This document shows positions 8,988-18,429 of a stretch of 64,000 nucleotides of DNA, piece by piece. Made by a program: the position numbers and the translations under genes. Every line of letters begins with the position of its first letter. Position 1 is the first letter of the stretch. The notes beneath the pieces were generated by a model. It did not search any database and was not told where the DNA came from. It saw only the letters and a program-made list of their open reading frames with translations. The stretch is from Nitrospiraceae bacterium (lineage in GTDB: Bacteria > Nitrospirota > Nitrospiria > Nitrospirales > Nitrospiraceae), in the NCBI GenBank assembly GCA_050246315.1, contig JBFWWG010000017.1, positions 1 through 64,000 of the forward strand. The letters are read 5' to 3'.

Positions 8988-11201
8988 ATGCCATCCGCTG
9001 CCTCATTGTGCAGTCCTCGCCAGAGCGAGGGGTTGCGTTGGGGTTGTGTCTGTCCAAGACGAAGAGCCGCCCTGGTGCTTTTGCGAGGCGTGCTGCTCGC
9101 AGCCGTGGCCGGTGGGTGCATCCCCAGCTCGGACCCTCCGGCCGGTCCTCCCGGCAGCACGCCGGGCGATCTCGCCTCATTGGTGGTATCGGCCGGCGCG
9201 CTCTCCCCGGCTTTTGATCCTGCCGTGACGAGTTATGCCGTCCTGGTCCCCAATGCCACGACCAGCACGACCGTCACGGCGACGGCGGCCGAGCGGCAGG
9301 CGAAGATCAGTGTCAATAATCAGGTTGCGACGGCTGGCCAGCCGTTCGGGCCGATCGCGCTTGCCGTCGGCCAGACCACCGTGACGGTGGTCGTGGATGG
9401 GCCGGGATTCAACAAGACCTACACCATCGTCATGACACGGGCCGCTGCGGCGATCGCCGACCTCACGAGCTTGCAGGTTTCGGCCGGAGGGATCAGTCCG
9501 CGCTTCGATCCGCAGGTGCTGGCCTATTCGGTTTTGGCCGCGAACTCCACCACGAGCACGACGATCACTGTCACGGTGGCCGATCCGACGGCGGCGGTCG
9601 CGATCAACAATCAACAGGCCGCGTCCGGTCAACCGTTTGGTCCGGTCCCGCTCGTTCTGGGACCCAATGCCATCACCATCGTGGTGACAGCTCCGGGCGG
9701 CGCGGTCAAAATTTACTCAGTTGCCATCGTCCGCGGCGCGTCCGGCATCGCCGACCTGGCCTCGCTGTCTCTATCGGCGGGCGCACTGTCCCCGGGGTTC
9801 ACGCCGGATCAAGCCAGCTACAGGATTGCGACGGGAAATTCGACGACGCAAACCACCATCACGGCTGTCGTCGCCGATGCCACGGCCACCTTGACCATCA
9901 ACGGCACCCCGGCCACCTCCGGTCAGCCATTCGGGCCGATCGGCCTGACTATCGGGGTGAATATCTTGACGGTCCGGGTGACGGCGCAGGACGGATCCGC
10001 GAAGGTCTATACGATCGAAATCACCCGCCCGCCGTCGAGCAATGCCAATTTGTCCGCGCTGGTATTGTCGGCCGGGGCTTTATCTCCGGCCTTTTCCGAA
10101 GACACCTTGGACTATAGCCTCTCGGTGCCCAGCACGACCGCGAGCACGACCGTGACCGCGACCGTCGCCGACGCAACAGCCTCGGTGCAGGTCAATGGCC
10201 AGCCTGTGGGCTCGGGGCAAGCTTCGTTGCCCATCGCGCTCAACGTCGGGACGAATCGGATCCCCATTGTCGTGACGGCGCAGAATGGGACAGCCAAGAC
10301 CTATACCGTGACCGTGGAGCGCACAGTCTCGACCAATCTCGCCGGGCTGACGGTGTCGGCTGGGTCGTTGTCGCCGGCCTTCAGTGCAGGGACGACGGCC
10401 TATAGTCTGAGCGTTCCCAATACCACGAGCAGTACGACCGTGACCGCGACGGTTCAAGATCCGACGGCGACCCTCACGATCAACGGGGCGTCGGCCAATT
10501 CAGGGCAAGCCTTCGGTCCGGTTGTCTTGAATGTCGGGCCCAATCAGGTGACGGTGATCGTGCGGGCCTTGAACGGGGCGACCAAGACCTACACGGTCAC
10601 CATTGCCAGGGCAGCCAACGTCAATCTCGGAGGTCTCAGTCTGTCGGCCGGTACACCCACACCTCCGTTCGATCCATCGGTCACCAGCTACAATCTCTCA
10701 GTCCCCAATGGGACGACGACCACGACCGTCACGGCCTCGGTACAAGATGCGACGTCCACGCTGACGATCAACGGCCAGTCGGTGCCCTCGGGTCAGGCGT
10801 TCGGGCCGATCGCGCTCGCGGTGGGGCCAAATACGGTGACTATCGTCGTCAGGGCGGTGGACACGGTGACGACCAAGACCTACTCGGTTGCCATCACCAG
10901 GGCGCCGTCCTCCAATGCGCTGCTGGCCGGGTTGCAGGTCACTCCGGGGTTCATGATTCCGGCGTTTAGTCCGGGGGGCACAACCTATGCGGTCAATGGC
11001 GTCGGCCTCTTCACCCCCGCGGTGACCGTGACGGCGACGGTGCAGGAGCCGAATGCCACGATCATGATCAACGGCGCCGCCGTCGCCTCCGGAACGCCGT
11101 TTCAAGTGCTCCTGCCCGGTCCGTCGACTCCCATCGCGATCGTCGTCCGTGCGCAAGATACGGTGACGACCGTGACCTACAACGTGACGGTGAACAAATA
11201 G
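8988..11201 (+). CDS. Lipoprotein with 7 cadherin-like beta-sandwich repeats
   Basis: Lipobox VAGG-CIP; same repeat consensus. Confidence 0.85.
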   Translation: MPSAASLCSPRQSEGLRWGCVCPRRRAALVLLRGVLLAAVAGGCIPSSDPPAGPPGSTPGDLASLVVSAGALSPAFDPAVTSYAVLVPNATTSTTVTATAAERQAKISVNNQVATAGQPFGPIALAVGQTTVTVVVDGPGFNKTYTIVMTRAAAAIADLTSLQVSAGGISPRFDPQVLAYSVLAANSTTSTTITVTVADPTAAVAINNQQAASGQPFGPVPLVLGPNAITIVVTAPGGAVKIYSVAIVRGASGIADLASLSLSAGALSPGFTPDQASYRIATGNSTTQTTITAVVADATATLTINGTPATSGQPFGPIGLTIGVNILTVRVTAQDGSAKVYTIEITRPPSSNANLSALVLSAGALSPAFSEDTLDYSLSVPSTTASTTVTATVADATASVQVNGQPVGSGQASLPIALNVGTNRIPIVVTAQNGTAKTYTVTVERTVSTNLAGLTVSAGSLSPAFSAGTTAYSLSVPNTTSSTTVTATVQDPTATLTINGASANSGQAFGPVVLNVGPNQVTVIVRALNGATKTYTVTIARAANVNLGGLSLSAGTPTPPFDPSVTSYNLSVPNGTTTTTVTASVQDATSTLTINGQSVPSGQAFGPIALAVGPNTVTIVVRAVDTVTTKTYSVAITRAPSSNALLAGLQVTPGFMIPAFSPGGTTYAVNGVGLFTPAVTVTATVQEPNATIMINGAAVASGTPFQVLLPGPSTPIAIVVRAQDTVTTVTYNVTVNK

Positions 11202-11232
11202 CAGGAGGTTAAGAAAGCCCGCCAGCTTTGTT
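11199..11232 (+). repeat. Truncated copy of the dispersed repeat family also seen at 25411 and 30796
   Basis: tagcaggaggttaagaaagcccgccagctttgtt resembles the end tcgcaggctgctgaatcagaccgccagcttttggtt. Confidence 0.4.
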
Positions 11233-11270
11233 GGGGCACCCATCGCTGCACGTTTCTGGCGCAATGCGGG

Positions 11271-12389
11271 CTAGTCATGCGAGGGCTCCCTGCGCGCTGG
11301 CTCACCCGGCGAACGTTCGGTGAACCGTTCCACGCGGACGCCCAGCAGCCGGAATGCCTTGCCTTTTGGATTGCGCCGCTTGTCCAGAAAGGGCAGAAGG
11401 AGCTTGAGGGCTTCGGCACGCACGAGCCGCACGTCCGAGGCTGGAGCATCGAGGGTGTGAGCTCGCGAGGTCGTCTCGAAATCCGAAAATCGCACCATCA
11501 CCGCCACGGTCCCGACATGGGAGAAACCCTCCGTTCGTACCCGGTCCATCACGTCCCCGCACATGCGGGCCAGATAGGTAAGTAGTTGAGTGGCGTCACG
11601 CGTGTCGGCGGCGAATGTTTCCTGTTCGCTGATCGATTTCGGCGTCCATTCTGAAGACAGCGACGATTCGTCCCGTCCTCTTGCCCTGTCGTAAAAATCA
11701 GCGCCACGTTTGCCGAATGTCGCACACAGCTCGCCGATCGAACGTGCCGCCAATTCGCTGATTCGAATGATGCCTTGTTGTGCCAGGAGCGCTTCGGTCT
11801 TCGGACCGATTCCCGGAATCATCCGAACCGGCAGCGGTGCCAGAAACGATTCGACTGCTTCCGGTCGGACGACGGTCAGGCCGTCGGGTTTCCGAAATCC
11901 CGATGCGATCTTGGCGATCAGCTTGTTTGGGCCCAATCCCACCGACATCGTGAGCCCCTCCTGTTCCCGAACCTCCTGCTTGAGCCTGTGGCAGCGGTCT
12001 TCGGCGGCTTCGAACGCTCCGGATGGGCTAAGGTCGAGGTAGGCCTCATCGATGCTGGCCTGTTCAACGAGGTCGGCATAGCACCGGCACAGGGACATGA
12101 TCGCGCCGGACACCGCCGCATACTTGGCCATGTTGGGACGCAGAAAGACGACCGGTGGCCGGCCGTGCCTCCTGGCCCGTTCGGCATCGCGCCAGGCTTG
12201 CGAGATCGGCTGTGCCGAGTGGAGACCGTAGGCCCGCGCCGCATAGTTGGCGGTGGCCACGACGCCGCGTCCGTGCCCGCCGAGGGGATCTGCGCCGATC
12301 GCGATCGGGAGGCCGCCCAACTCCGGGCGGTCGCGCTCCTCGATCGCGGCGAAGAAGGCGTCCATATCTACGTGCGCCACGAGTCGCAT
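11271..12389 (-). CDS. dinB: DNA polymerase IV (Y-family)
   Basis: MRLVAHVDMDAFFA, ANYAARAYG, SIDEAYLD, KLIAKIAS...KPDG; start set at ATG 12389. Confidence 0.93.
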   Translation of the reverse strand: MRLVAHVDMDAFFAAIEERDRPELGGLPIAIGADPLGGHGRGVVATANYAARAYGLHSAQPISQAWRDAERARRHGRPPVVFLRPNMAKYAAVSGAIMSLCRCYADLVEQASIDEAYLDLSPSGAFEAAEDRCHRLKQEVREQEGLTMSVGLGPNKLIAKIASGFRKPDGLTVVRPEAVESFLAPLPVRMIPGIGPKTEALLAQQGIIRISELAARSIGELCATFGKRGADFYDRARGRDESSLSSEWTPKSISEQETFAADTRDATQLLTYLARMCGDVMDRVRTEGFSHVGTVAVMVRFSDFETTSRAHTLDAPASDVRLVRAEALKLLLPFLDKRRNPKGKAFRLLGVRVERFTERSPGEPARREPSHD

Positions 12390-12412
12390 GGGGTGGGATG
12401 GGGTTGGGCCGG

Positions 12413-12841
12413 CTACGACGGCTGAGCCGGCGGCCCGGGCGGCATCGTCGCTTGGATGACGTGAAAATCCTTCTGCGCGATCAGGCGACGGGACATCATC
12501 AGCCGGAACTCGTACCGGCCGGGTGCGGGAAACACCAGGGCCGGGATGTTGATCCCGAAATCGGAGATCTGCAACCGGTCTCGGATCTCGACGCTCGGGA
12601 GGGAGGCGCGGCAAACGACCTGGTCGGTGTTGAGATAGACGAGCGTGATGTCGAACTGGTAGGGGCCTTGTGCGTCGGTGAGGCAGAAGTAGATGCCGAG
12701 TTGCTGATGCTGGCACGGAAACACCTGAGCCTGCAGGTGGGTGAAGAGCCCGATGAGACTTTTCTTGTGCGTGAGACTGTCTTCGATCACCGTATCGCAG
12801 ACGAGGAACGCTTGGATGCTGGGAGCTACCAGTTCTGACAT
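12413..12841 (-). CDS. Conserved hypothetical beta-sandwich protein (DUF6941-like)
   Basis: FLVCDTVIED...KKSLIGLF...FPAPGRYEFRL pattern. Confidence 0.7.
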   Translation of the reverse strand: MSELVAPSIQAFLVCDTVIEDSLTHKKSLIGLFTHLQAQVFPCQHQQLGIYFCLTDAQGPYQFDITLVYLNTDQVVCRASLPSVEIRDRLQISDFGINIPALVFPAPGRYEFRLMMSRRLIAQKDFHVIQATMPPGPPAQPS

Positions 12842-12879
12842 CGTGCGACCTCGCAGGGGCCAGTCGGATCGGAGGACCT

Positions 12880-13332
12880 TCAGCCGATGGCCGCCGACCC
12901 GCCTCGGCATTCAAACACCTCGCCGAAATGGGCGACGCCGGGGCCGATTCGGCAGACATGCGGTGTGACCTCCACGCGCTCCCCCCTATGGGTGAAGAAT
13001 CGGCCTTGGACCAGGTCGATGCGGCCTTCCGTCATGACGGCCGCTTCAACATACACCTCCCCGGTTTTCCGATCCGAGACTGTGACCCAAGGGTTGGGAC
13101 CAAAGGATGAGAGGGCGGGCGGATTGGTCTGGAGAGCAAGGCGCTGGCCCTCATTGAAGACCCACTGGTTGCGGCGCACATGCGCGACGTGGATGCCTCG
13201 CTCGTCATAGAAATCCATCGTGAGCCAGAGTTGCCCGGACCGGTATTCGAGAACGAGTTGTTCCTTGCCCTGAAACTTAAGGACGCCGTTGGAGTCCCGC
13301 ACGATGTTTGAGCCTAGTTTGATTTCCAGCAT
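12880..13332 (-). CDS. Hypothetical protein
   Basis: 150-aa ORF from MLEIKLGSN with gagg SD and protein-like composition. Confidence 0.65.
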   Translation of the reverse strand: MLEIKLGSNIVRDSNGVLKFQGKEQLVLEYRSGQLWLTMDFYDERGIHVAHVRRNQWVFNEGQRLALQTNPPALSSFGPNPWVTVSDRKTGEVYVEAAVMTEGRIDLVQGRFFTHRGERVEVTPHVCRIGPGVAHFGEVFECRGGSAAIG

Positions 13333-13649
13333 CGTGTCGCCTCGCGTGGTTCCGGATGGATCACCACCCCTCCCGCTTCGGACCGCCGGCGCCATTCGGT
13401 CGCTGCGCAAACAGGATCATGCAGGTCGATTCAGCAGGAACCCGATCGGTTGGTATCTGGGTTTCGACAGGATGATCATCACGAATGAAGAGGCTGATAT
13501 CATAGCGCAAATAGGAGATTTGCTCCATGCCCGACGACGATTCTCCCAGGGCATCACTGAACAGCTTGTGTGTGACAAGCGGCAGGCGGTGTGTGTTCGG
13601 AGGCTGCGGTAACGAGTCGGAGGAGGCCGAAAGGATCAGGGAGCAAGGA

Positions 13650-14057
13650 TCAGGGAGCAGAGCCGGCGGCTTCCAGAAAGGTCGGAGGGCCTTCTCCCGC
13701 CGAGTTGGTCGCGGTCACACAAATCTTGGCCGTGGGGCTATTACCGGCCCCCGCCGGAAGAATCACCTCCCTGGCGACCGGTCCGCCTCCTGCGACGCTC
13801 GTCGCACTGTGCTTGGTGTATTCTTTGGTTCCGGCTCCAATGTTGTAATAGATGGTCGTGTGCGAGAGGTAGTGGAGCGGCTGCCCGTTCTGTTGGAGGG
13901 TTGGCTCCGTGTATCGGATGGGAATGGTTCGGTTCGCCGGGATCGGTAGGGGAGCCGAGGGCGAGCAATCAACACGAACGGTGGTGCCTTCCGCCAAGTC
14001 GAGCAACGTGCAGGAGGAGAGCGAACTGAGCATCATGGGCAGCAGGATGGCGGCCAT
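13650..14057 (-). CDS. Putative lipoprotein with an FnIII/Ig-like domain
   Basis: Hydrophobic N-terminus ending LSS-C; YTEPT...LSHTTIYY...VTATNSAGEG. Confidence 0.6.
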   Translation of the reverse strand: MAAILLPMMLSSLSSCTLLDLAEGTTVRVDCSPSAPLPIPANRTIPIRYTEPTLQQNGQPLHYLSHTTIYYNIGAGTKEYTKHSATSVAGGGPVAREVILPAGAGNSPTAKICVTATNSAGEGPPTFLEAAGSAP

Positions 14058-14179
14058 GGACAACCTTTGCGAGCGCAGGGTCGGTCGCAGCATGTCCCAA
14101 CATTACGAGATCAAGTGGCTGGCAAGCAAGAGGGGGAACTAACTCGAAGGAGACGGCATGAACCGTACGAATCCCCCAT

Positions 14180-14209
14180 TTGAAAACTGGGAAAACCCTG
14201 TGATAGAGT
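14180..14209 (+). promoter_or_regulatory. Sigma70-type promoter of tRNA-Glu
   Basis: TTGAAA-N18-TAGAGT with extended -10 TG, followed by GC-rich ccgcc. Confidence 0.55.
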
Positions 14210-14258
14210 CCGCCTCTTGCGGCAACCGCTGTCTGATCAACCCGCTGCACGACTCGGC

Positions 14259-14336
14259 GGTCCCATCGTCTAGCCTGGCCTAGGACGGAGCCCTCTCAAG
14301 GCTCAGACACGGGTTCGAATCCCGTTGGGACCACCA
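14259..14336 (+). tRNA. tRNA-Glu (anticodon CTC)
   Basis: GGTCCCA acceptor stem, anticodon arm GAGCC-CT CTC AA-GGCTC, GGTTCGAATCC T-arm, encoded CCA. Confidence 0.96.
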
Positions 14337-14823
14337 TACCAAGCTATGGCTTGAGCCGGTCGCTCTTTTGAGCTTTATCGTCATTGACGCGACCGGAGAA
14401 ACACCTTCAGTGTCCCTTTTTTTCTTAATCCTTAACCCAACTTCGGTTGAGCCGGCGGCTCTTCAGGCGCAGCCTCTCTTCATTGGGCGGGCGGATAAAC
14501 ACCTCCAGTAAATCGCTCTCACCTACCATACCAACCTTCGGTTGAACCGCTCGCCTCTTTATCGTTTTATCGTGAGTAAGGCGAGCGGAGGAATCCTTCA
14601 GTGTCTTCATTCAATACCAAGCTACGCTTGAGCCGGCGGCTATTCTGGGCCTCATCGTAGCTGACGCCGCCAGAGGGACACCACCAGGGAATTTCGATTC
14701 TGAATCCGCACTTCGTGAGAACCGGCGGCTCATCGGGCGAAGCCCCCTCTACCAGGCTATGCCTGAACCGGCGCCTCTTCATCGCTTTCTCGTAATATGG
14801 CGGCGCCGGGAAAACATTTTCAG
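14337..14823 (+). repeat. tRNA-linked tandem array of structured degenerate repeats (5 full units, 1 partial)
   Basis: Unit = (a)tacc + small hairpin + GA + GC-rich long stem-loop + rAAACACCTTCAG-like tail; the stems covary between units. Confidence 0.75.
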
Positions 14824-14966
14824 ATTCGTGCCTGACCGGTCAACTCTCGAATTCTGAATTCTGATGATGCAGCCCGCTGCCCGGCGTCAATCCGAGCCGG
14901 TGTCTCCGCGGTTGCTGTGCAACAGGTATTTCTCGTCGTGCAACCGGACTTGTCGCGCTAACGGGG

Positions 14967-15179
14967 TCATCTGCCGTTCCCGCCACTGGTGCGACGTAAG
15001 AATGTGAGCAGCCCGAGGAGAACGATAACGGCTGCACCGAGGCCAAACCACGGCACCGCGGTCCAGGGATTGCCATTCGTCACATAACTGACAATCCAAT
15101 GCCCTGCAAACACCAGGGCCAGTATCAGCAAGGCGGCAATCACCATGGTTCCCAGTGTCGGTGGTTCGGTGGCAGGCAT
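14967..15179 (-). CDS. Small two-TM membrane protein (70 aa)
   Basis: Strong SD aaggaggg before ATG 15179; two hydrophobic helices. Confidence 0.7.
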   Translation of the reverse strand: MPATEPPTLGTMVIAALLILALVFAGHWIVSYVTNGNPWTAVPWFGLGAAVIVLLGLLTFLRRTSGGNGR

Positions 15180-15928
15180 GGCTCCCTCCTTTTTCACAAA
15201 CCCAATGCTCATCTGACGAAACATTCGAGGTAGGCCAACTGGGGCTGGTCCTCGCCTAGCCGCATCATGACTCATGATCGGCCGATGTAACGATCGGTGG
15301 GGCGAGGGTCTGGCCTCCGAACGAATCAAAGCGCTTTTTGTAGATATGCGCACGCTTCCACCTAACAGCGTGCTGAACCTTCGCCACTTCACAACCAGTC
15401 CGTCCCCACCAGTAGGGCTGATGGCGATGGTGATGGTGGCACTCCGGCCTTCGAACCACGGGTGGTCATGCCGAAGCGCTCGGGGCTGAGACTCTAATTC
15501 AGGTCAAGACGCTTCTCAAGTCTCAAGTAGCTGCCTTCCGAAATATCGCCATCGACGGCAAGGTCATTGGGGAGAGATGGGGCAGCATCGGGCCATAGCA
15601 TAAGCGCTCTCCTGGTCCGGTTGTAACGAGTTCGGCATGGGCGGATGTCATCGGAAAGGACCGCTATGAGAACCAGATGGGCATAGGTCCAGTTTGATCC
15701 AACCATTCAGCCGATGTCATAGGAGTGCCTGGATTCTACCCAGCCGTTCACCGATCTGTTAAGAGTCTGCCCACGTCATTCCTCCGTTGCGGCAGGATGG
15801 CGAAGCATCGAACAAGCTCCCAGAGCCGGCGCGGCTGCTCGCATAGGTCCAAGAGTCGTTGGATCCGACAAGCCCGTTCTATCTGAGGCCGGGATTCTCT
15901 TGCCGGCACTGGAGGGAAGAGGGGATAC

Positions 15929-16186
15929 ATGCCGTTGGACCAGGAGGGGCGGATCAGAATGAGGCTGCTGAGATTCTTGCGTGATCGGCACGGCACGATG
16001 GGCGAGGAAGAAACGATCCTGATTGATTCGGGGATCATTCGCCTCGATCCATACCTTCGGCAGCTCCTCGCCGAGGGACATATCCGCCGCGATGAAAAGG
16101 CAAAGGTCTATCGCGTGACTGAAACCGGCCGAGATGAACTGACGCGCCTGCAGCAAGCCGATCAAGACGTCGAGGATGGCAAGTAA
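15929..16186 (+). CDS. Small winged-helix-like protein (85 aa)
   Basis: SD gagggg; LxxLLAEGHI...KVYRVTETGR wing motif. Confidence 0.7.
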   Translation: MPLDQEGRIRMRLLRFLRDRHGTMGEEETILIDSGIIRLDPYLRQLLAEGHIRRDEKAKVYRVTETGRDELTRLQQADQDVEDGK

Positions 16187-16373
16187 TCGGTTCTTGTCCA
16201 GCACGTGACGGTTGCGAACCGCTCGCTTCGACTGACCTGAGCCCACCTCCTCCACCTCCGCATCGTTGTCGTCACCGAAACGTGTTTGGACTTGGCAGAC
16301 CGTTCGTTCTGCGGCAACGCCCGGCCATTCGCGATTGATGCATCAGAACTGTCATCCAGTCCCATTCCTCGAA

Positions 16374-16403
16374 TTGACGCTCTCCGGCAGGGTTGTGTAT
16401 AAC
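16374..16403 (+). promoter_or_regulatory. Putative sigma70 promoter of the polyamine cluster
   Basis: TTGACG-N18-TATAAC. Confidence 0.45.
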
Positions 16404-16449
16404 CATAGTTCGTCCGATCCTTTTCGATTGTCAGCAGCGGAGAAACCCC

Positions 16450-17634
16450 GTGCAGGGACGTGAATTCAGAGATGGCGCTGAAGACGGGCTGGATGCGCTG
16501 GAGCCGCTCGACCCGGACCGCATCGGATCGTTTGCCGATCTGATCGCCGCGATGCGGAAGACCGCGTTCGGCGGGCGCCGGGTGGGAGAGGCGTTTGACG
16601 TGCTCTGCGCCATGGTCGACGATCCCGATTGCATGGTCGTGATGACCCTGTCCGGCGCCATGACGATCGCCAAGATGGGCACGATCATCAGCCGGATGAT
16701 CGACGAGGGGATGGTCCAGGTCGTCATCTCGACCGGTGCGCTGGTGGCGCATGGGTTGAGTGAATCGACGGGCAAGCAGCATTATCGGCATGACCCGACG
16801 ATGAGCGACGTGGAATTGTTTCGCAAGGGCTACAACCGGGTATACGACACCTTGGAGATGGAGGCCAACCTCAACTATGTCGAGCATGTGGTCACGCAGA
16901 CTCTGAAGCGGCTGGACCACGACACGCCCCTCTCGTCGGAACGCCTCACCTACGAACTCGGCAGGACCCTGCACGAAGAATTCGAAGGAACCGGGATTCT
17001 CAAGAGTGCCTATGAACAGGGGGTGCCGGTCTATATTCCGGCCTTTACCGATTCTGAGATGGGCTTGGATGTCGGCATCTGGGCGATGCGGGAATCGCTG
17101 GACAAGGCACGCGCAGAGGCTTCCAAACGGGATGGCGATCTGGGAGTGCTGAAGGCGCTGCATCGGTATCTGCCTTCGTACAATCCGTATTTGGATTTGA
17201 ACAGCTACACCGACAAGATCATGTCGGCCAAGCGCTTGGGGATCTTTACGATCGGCGGCGGGGTGCCTCGGAATTGGGCGCAACAGGTCGGACCCTATAT
17301 CGAAATCGGCAATTTGCGGCTGGGGCTCGACGCCAAAGCCCCTCGCTTCCAATACGGTGTGCGGATCTGTCCTGAACCGGACTATTGGGGCGGGCTCAGC
17401 GGCTGTACCTACCAGGAAGGCATTTCCTGGGGCAAGTTTGTGCCGCCGTCCGATGGCGGTCGATTTGCCGAAGTGCTCAGCGATGCCACGGTGGTGTGGC
17501 CGCTGTTGATGATGGGGCTGCTGGAGCATCGGCGGGCGCGTCGACGGAAACCTTCGGCCGATGAAGACCGTTCCATTCGGTCCGCCCGGTCGTCTCGCAC
17601 CAAACGGAGAGGGGTCGCCGGCCGTCTTCGTTGA
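16450..17634 (+). CDS. Deoxyhypusine synthase-like protein (probable homospermidine synthase)
   Basis: STGALVAH, PAFTDSEMG, IGGGVPRNW, GGLSGCTYQEGISWGK (catalytic Lys present). Confidence 0.9.
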   Translation: MQGREFRDGAEDGLDALEPLDPDRIGSFADLIAAMRKTAFGGRRVGEAFDVLCAMVDDPDCMVVMTLSGAMTIAKMGTIISRMIDEGMVQVVISTGALVAHGLSESTGKQHYRHDPTMSDVELFRKGYNRVYDTLEMEANLNYVEHVVTQTLKRLDHDTPLSSERLTYELGRTLHEEFEGTGILKSAYEQGVPVYIPAFTDSEMGLDVGIWAMRESLDKARAEASKRDGDLGVLKALHRYLPSYNPYLDLNSYTDKIMSAKRLGIFTIGGGVPRNWAQQVGPYIEIGNLRLGLDAKAPRFQYGVRICPEPDYWGGLSGCTYQEGISWGKFVPPSDGGRFAEVLSDATVVWPLLMMGLLEHRRARRRKPSADEDRSIRSARSSRTKRRGVAGRLR

Positions 17635-17658
17635 TCGGTCGCTTCTGAAGGATGTCGA

Positions 17659-18429
17659 ATGGATCTCGTACGGTTAGAGAGAGCCACATGGGTCCGCCGC
17701 TCGGTGCTGATAGCGTTGGGAATCCTGGCGCTCGGATGGAGCGGTATCCTGAGCGGGGAAACACCGGCTGCGTCCTCGCCTGATGACCGGGTGCGGGGCA
17801 ATCCGCGTGCGCCGGTCACGATCATCGAGTATTCGGATTTCACCTGCGGGTATTGCGTGAAATTCTTCCGTGAAACTTGGCCGCTGTTGCAGGCGAAATA
17901 CGTCGATGCGGGGAAGGTGCGGTTTCTGTATCGCGACTATCCGCGCGCCGACCAGGGCGTCGGAGTCGAGGCGGCCCTGGCCGCACGCTGTGCTGGCGAA
18001 CAGGGCCGTTACTGGGCGATGCACGACCGGTTGTTTGCGCAGGGACCGCGGCTTGATGCCTCGCAGTTTTCCGACTATGCCAAGGCGATCGGTCTCAAAC
18101 CGGATCGTTACAATGCCTGCGTGCGACAGGAAACGTATCTGGAGTCGATCTTCAATGATCGTCAGGAAGCCAACCGCTGGGGATTTCGCGGCACGCCGGG
18201 GTTTGTGCTCTTCTTGACGAACGATATGTCTGGACGGGTGGAGACGCCGGTCACCGTGCCCGGCGCGTTTCCCTTCAACGTCTTTCAGGAACAAATCGAG
18301 CGTCTGTTGCGTCGCGCGGGGGCGACGGAAGCTCCTCCACAGTCGAGCCTGCAGACCAAGCCGCCGCTCCTGGCGGCCTCATGGAGTCCAGGCCTAACCG
18401 ACCCGCCGCCGAAGGTGAACGAGCCATGA
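17659..18429 (+). CDS. DsbA/BdbD-family thioredoxin-fold protein
   Basis: N-terminal TM; GNPRAPVTIIEYSDFTCGYC; GTPGF cis-Pro loop. Confidence 0.88.
   Translation: MDLVRLERATWVRRSVLIALGILALGWSGILSGETPAASSPDDRVRGNPRAPVTIIEYSDFTCGYCVKFFRETWPLLQAKYVDAGKVRFLYRDYPRADQGVGVEAALAARCAGEQGRYWAMHDRLFAQGPRLDASQFSDYAKAIGLKPDRYNACVRQETYLESIFNDRQEANRWGFRGTPGFVLFLTNDMSGRVETPVTVPGAFPFNVFQEQIERLLRRAGATEAPPQSSLQTKPPLLAASWSPGLTDPPPKVNEP

Noticed and set aside
946..11201. Cadherin-like proteins as substrates of the T1SS at 23.6-28.7 kb, or as a DGR target
   Set aside because: They carry Sec lipoprotein signals and no RTX repeats; there is no reverse transcriptase and no adenine-specific TR/VR pair
11271..12959. 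562-aa N-terminally extended DinB
   Set aside because: The extension overlaps the 12413-12841 gene in another frame and is low-complexity; the real start is ATG 12389
13361..13528. 55-aa minus-strand ORF MEQISYLRYD...
   Set aside because: No recognisable motif or SD; cannot be supported
14425..14782. Minus-strand 61-aa and 71-aa ORFs over the repeat array
   Set aside because: No clear SD, and frames are not maintained between units; better explained as by-products of the repeats
14337..14823. CRISPR array or hammerhead ribozyme interpretation of the post-tRNA repeats
   Set aside because: Repeats are not identical, the loops are homologous rather than unique spacers, no cas genes are present, and the CUGANGA core is absent despite the GAAAC-like tails
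16162..17529. Long antisense ORFs (e.g. 455 aa here, 461 aa at 55901-57286, 434 aa at 61184-62488)
   Set aside because: Shadow frames of well-supported GC-rich genes on the opposite strand
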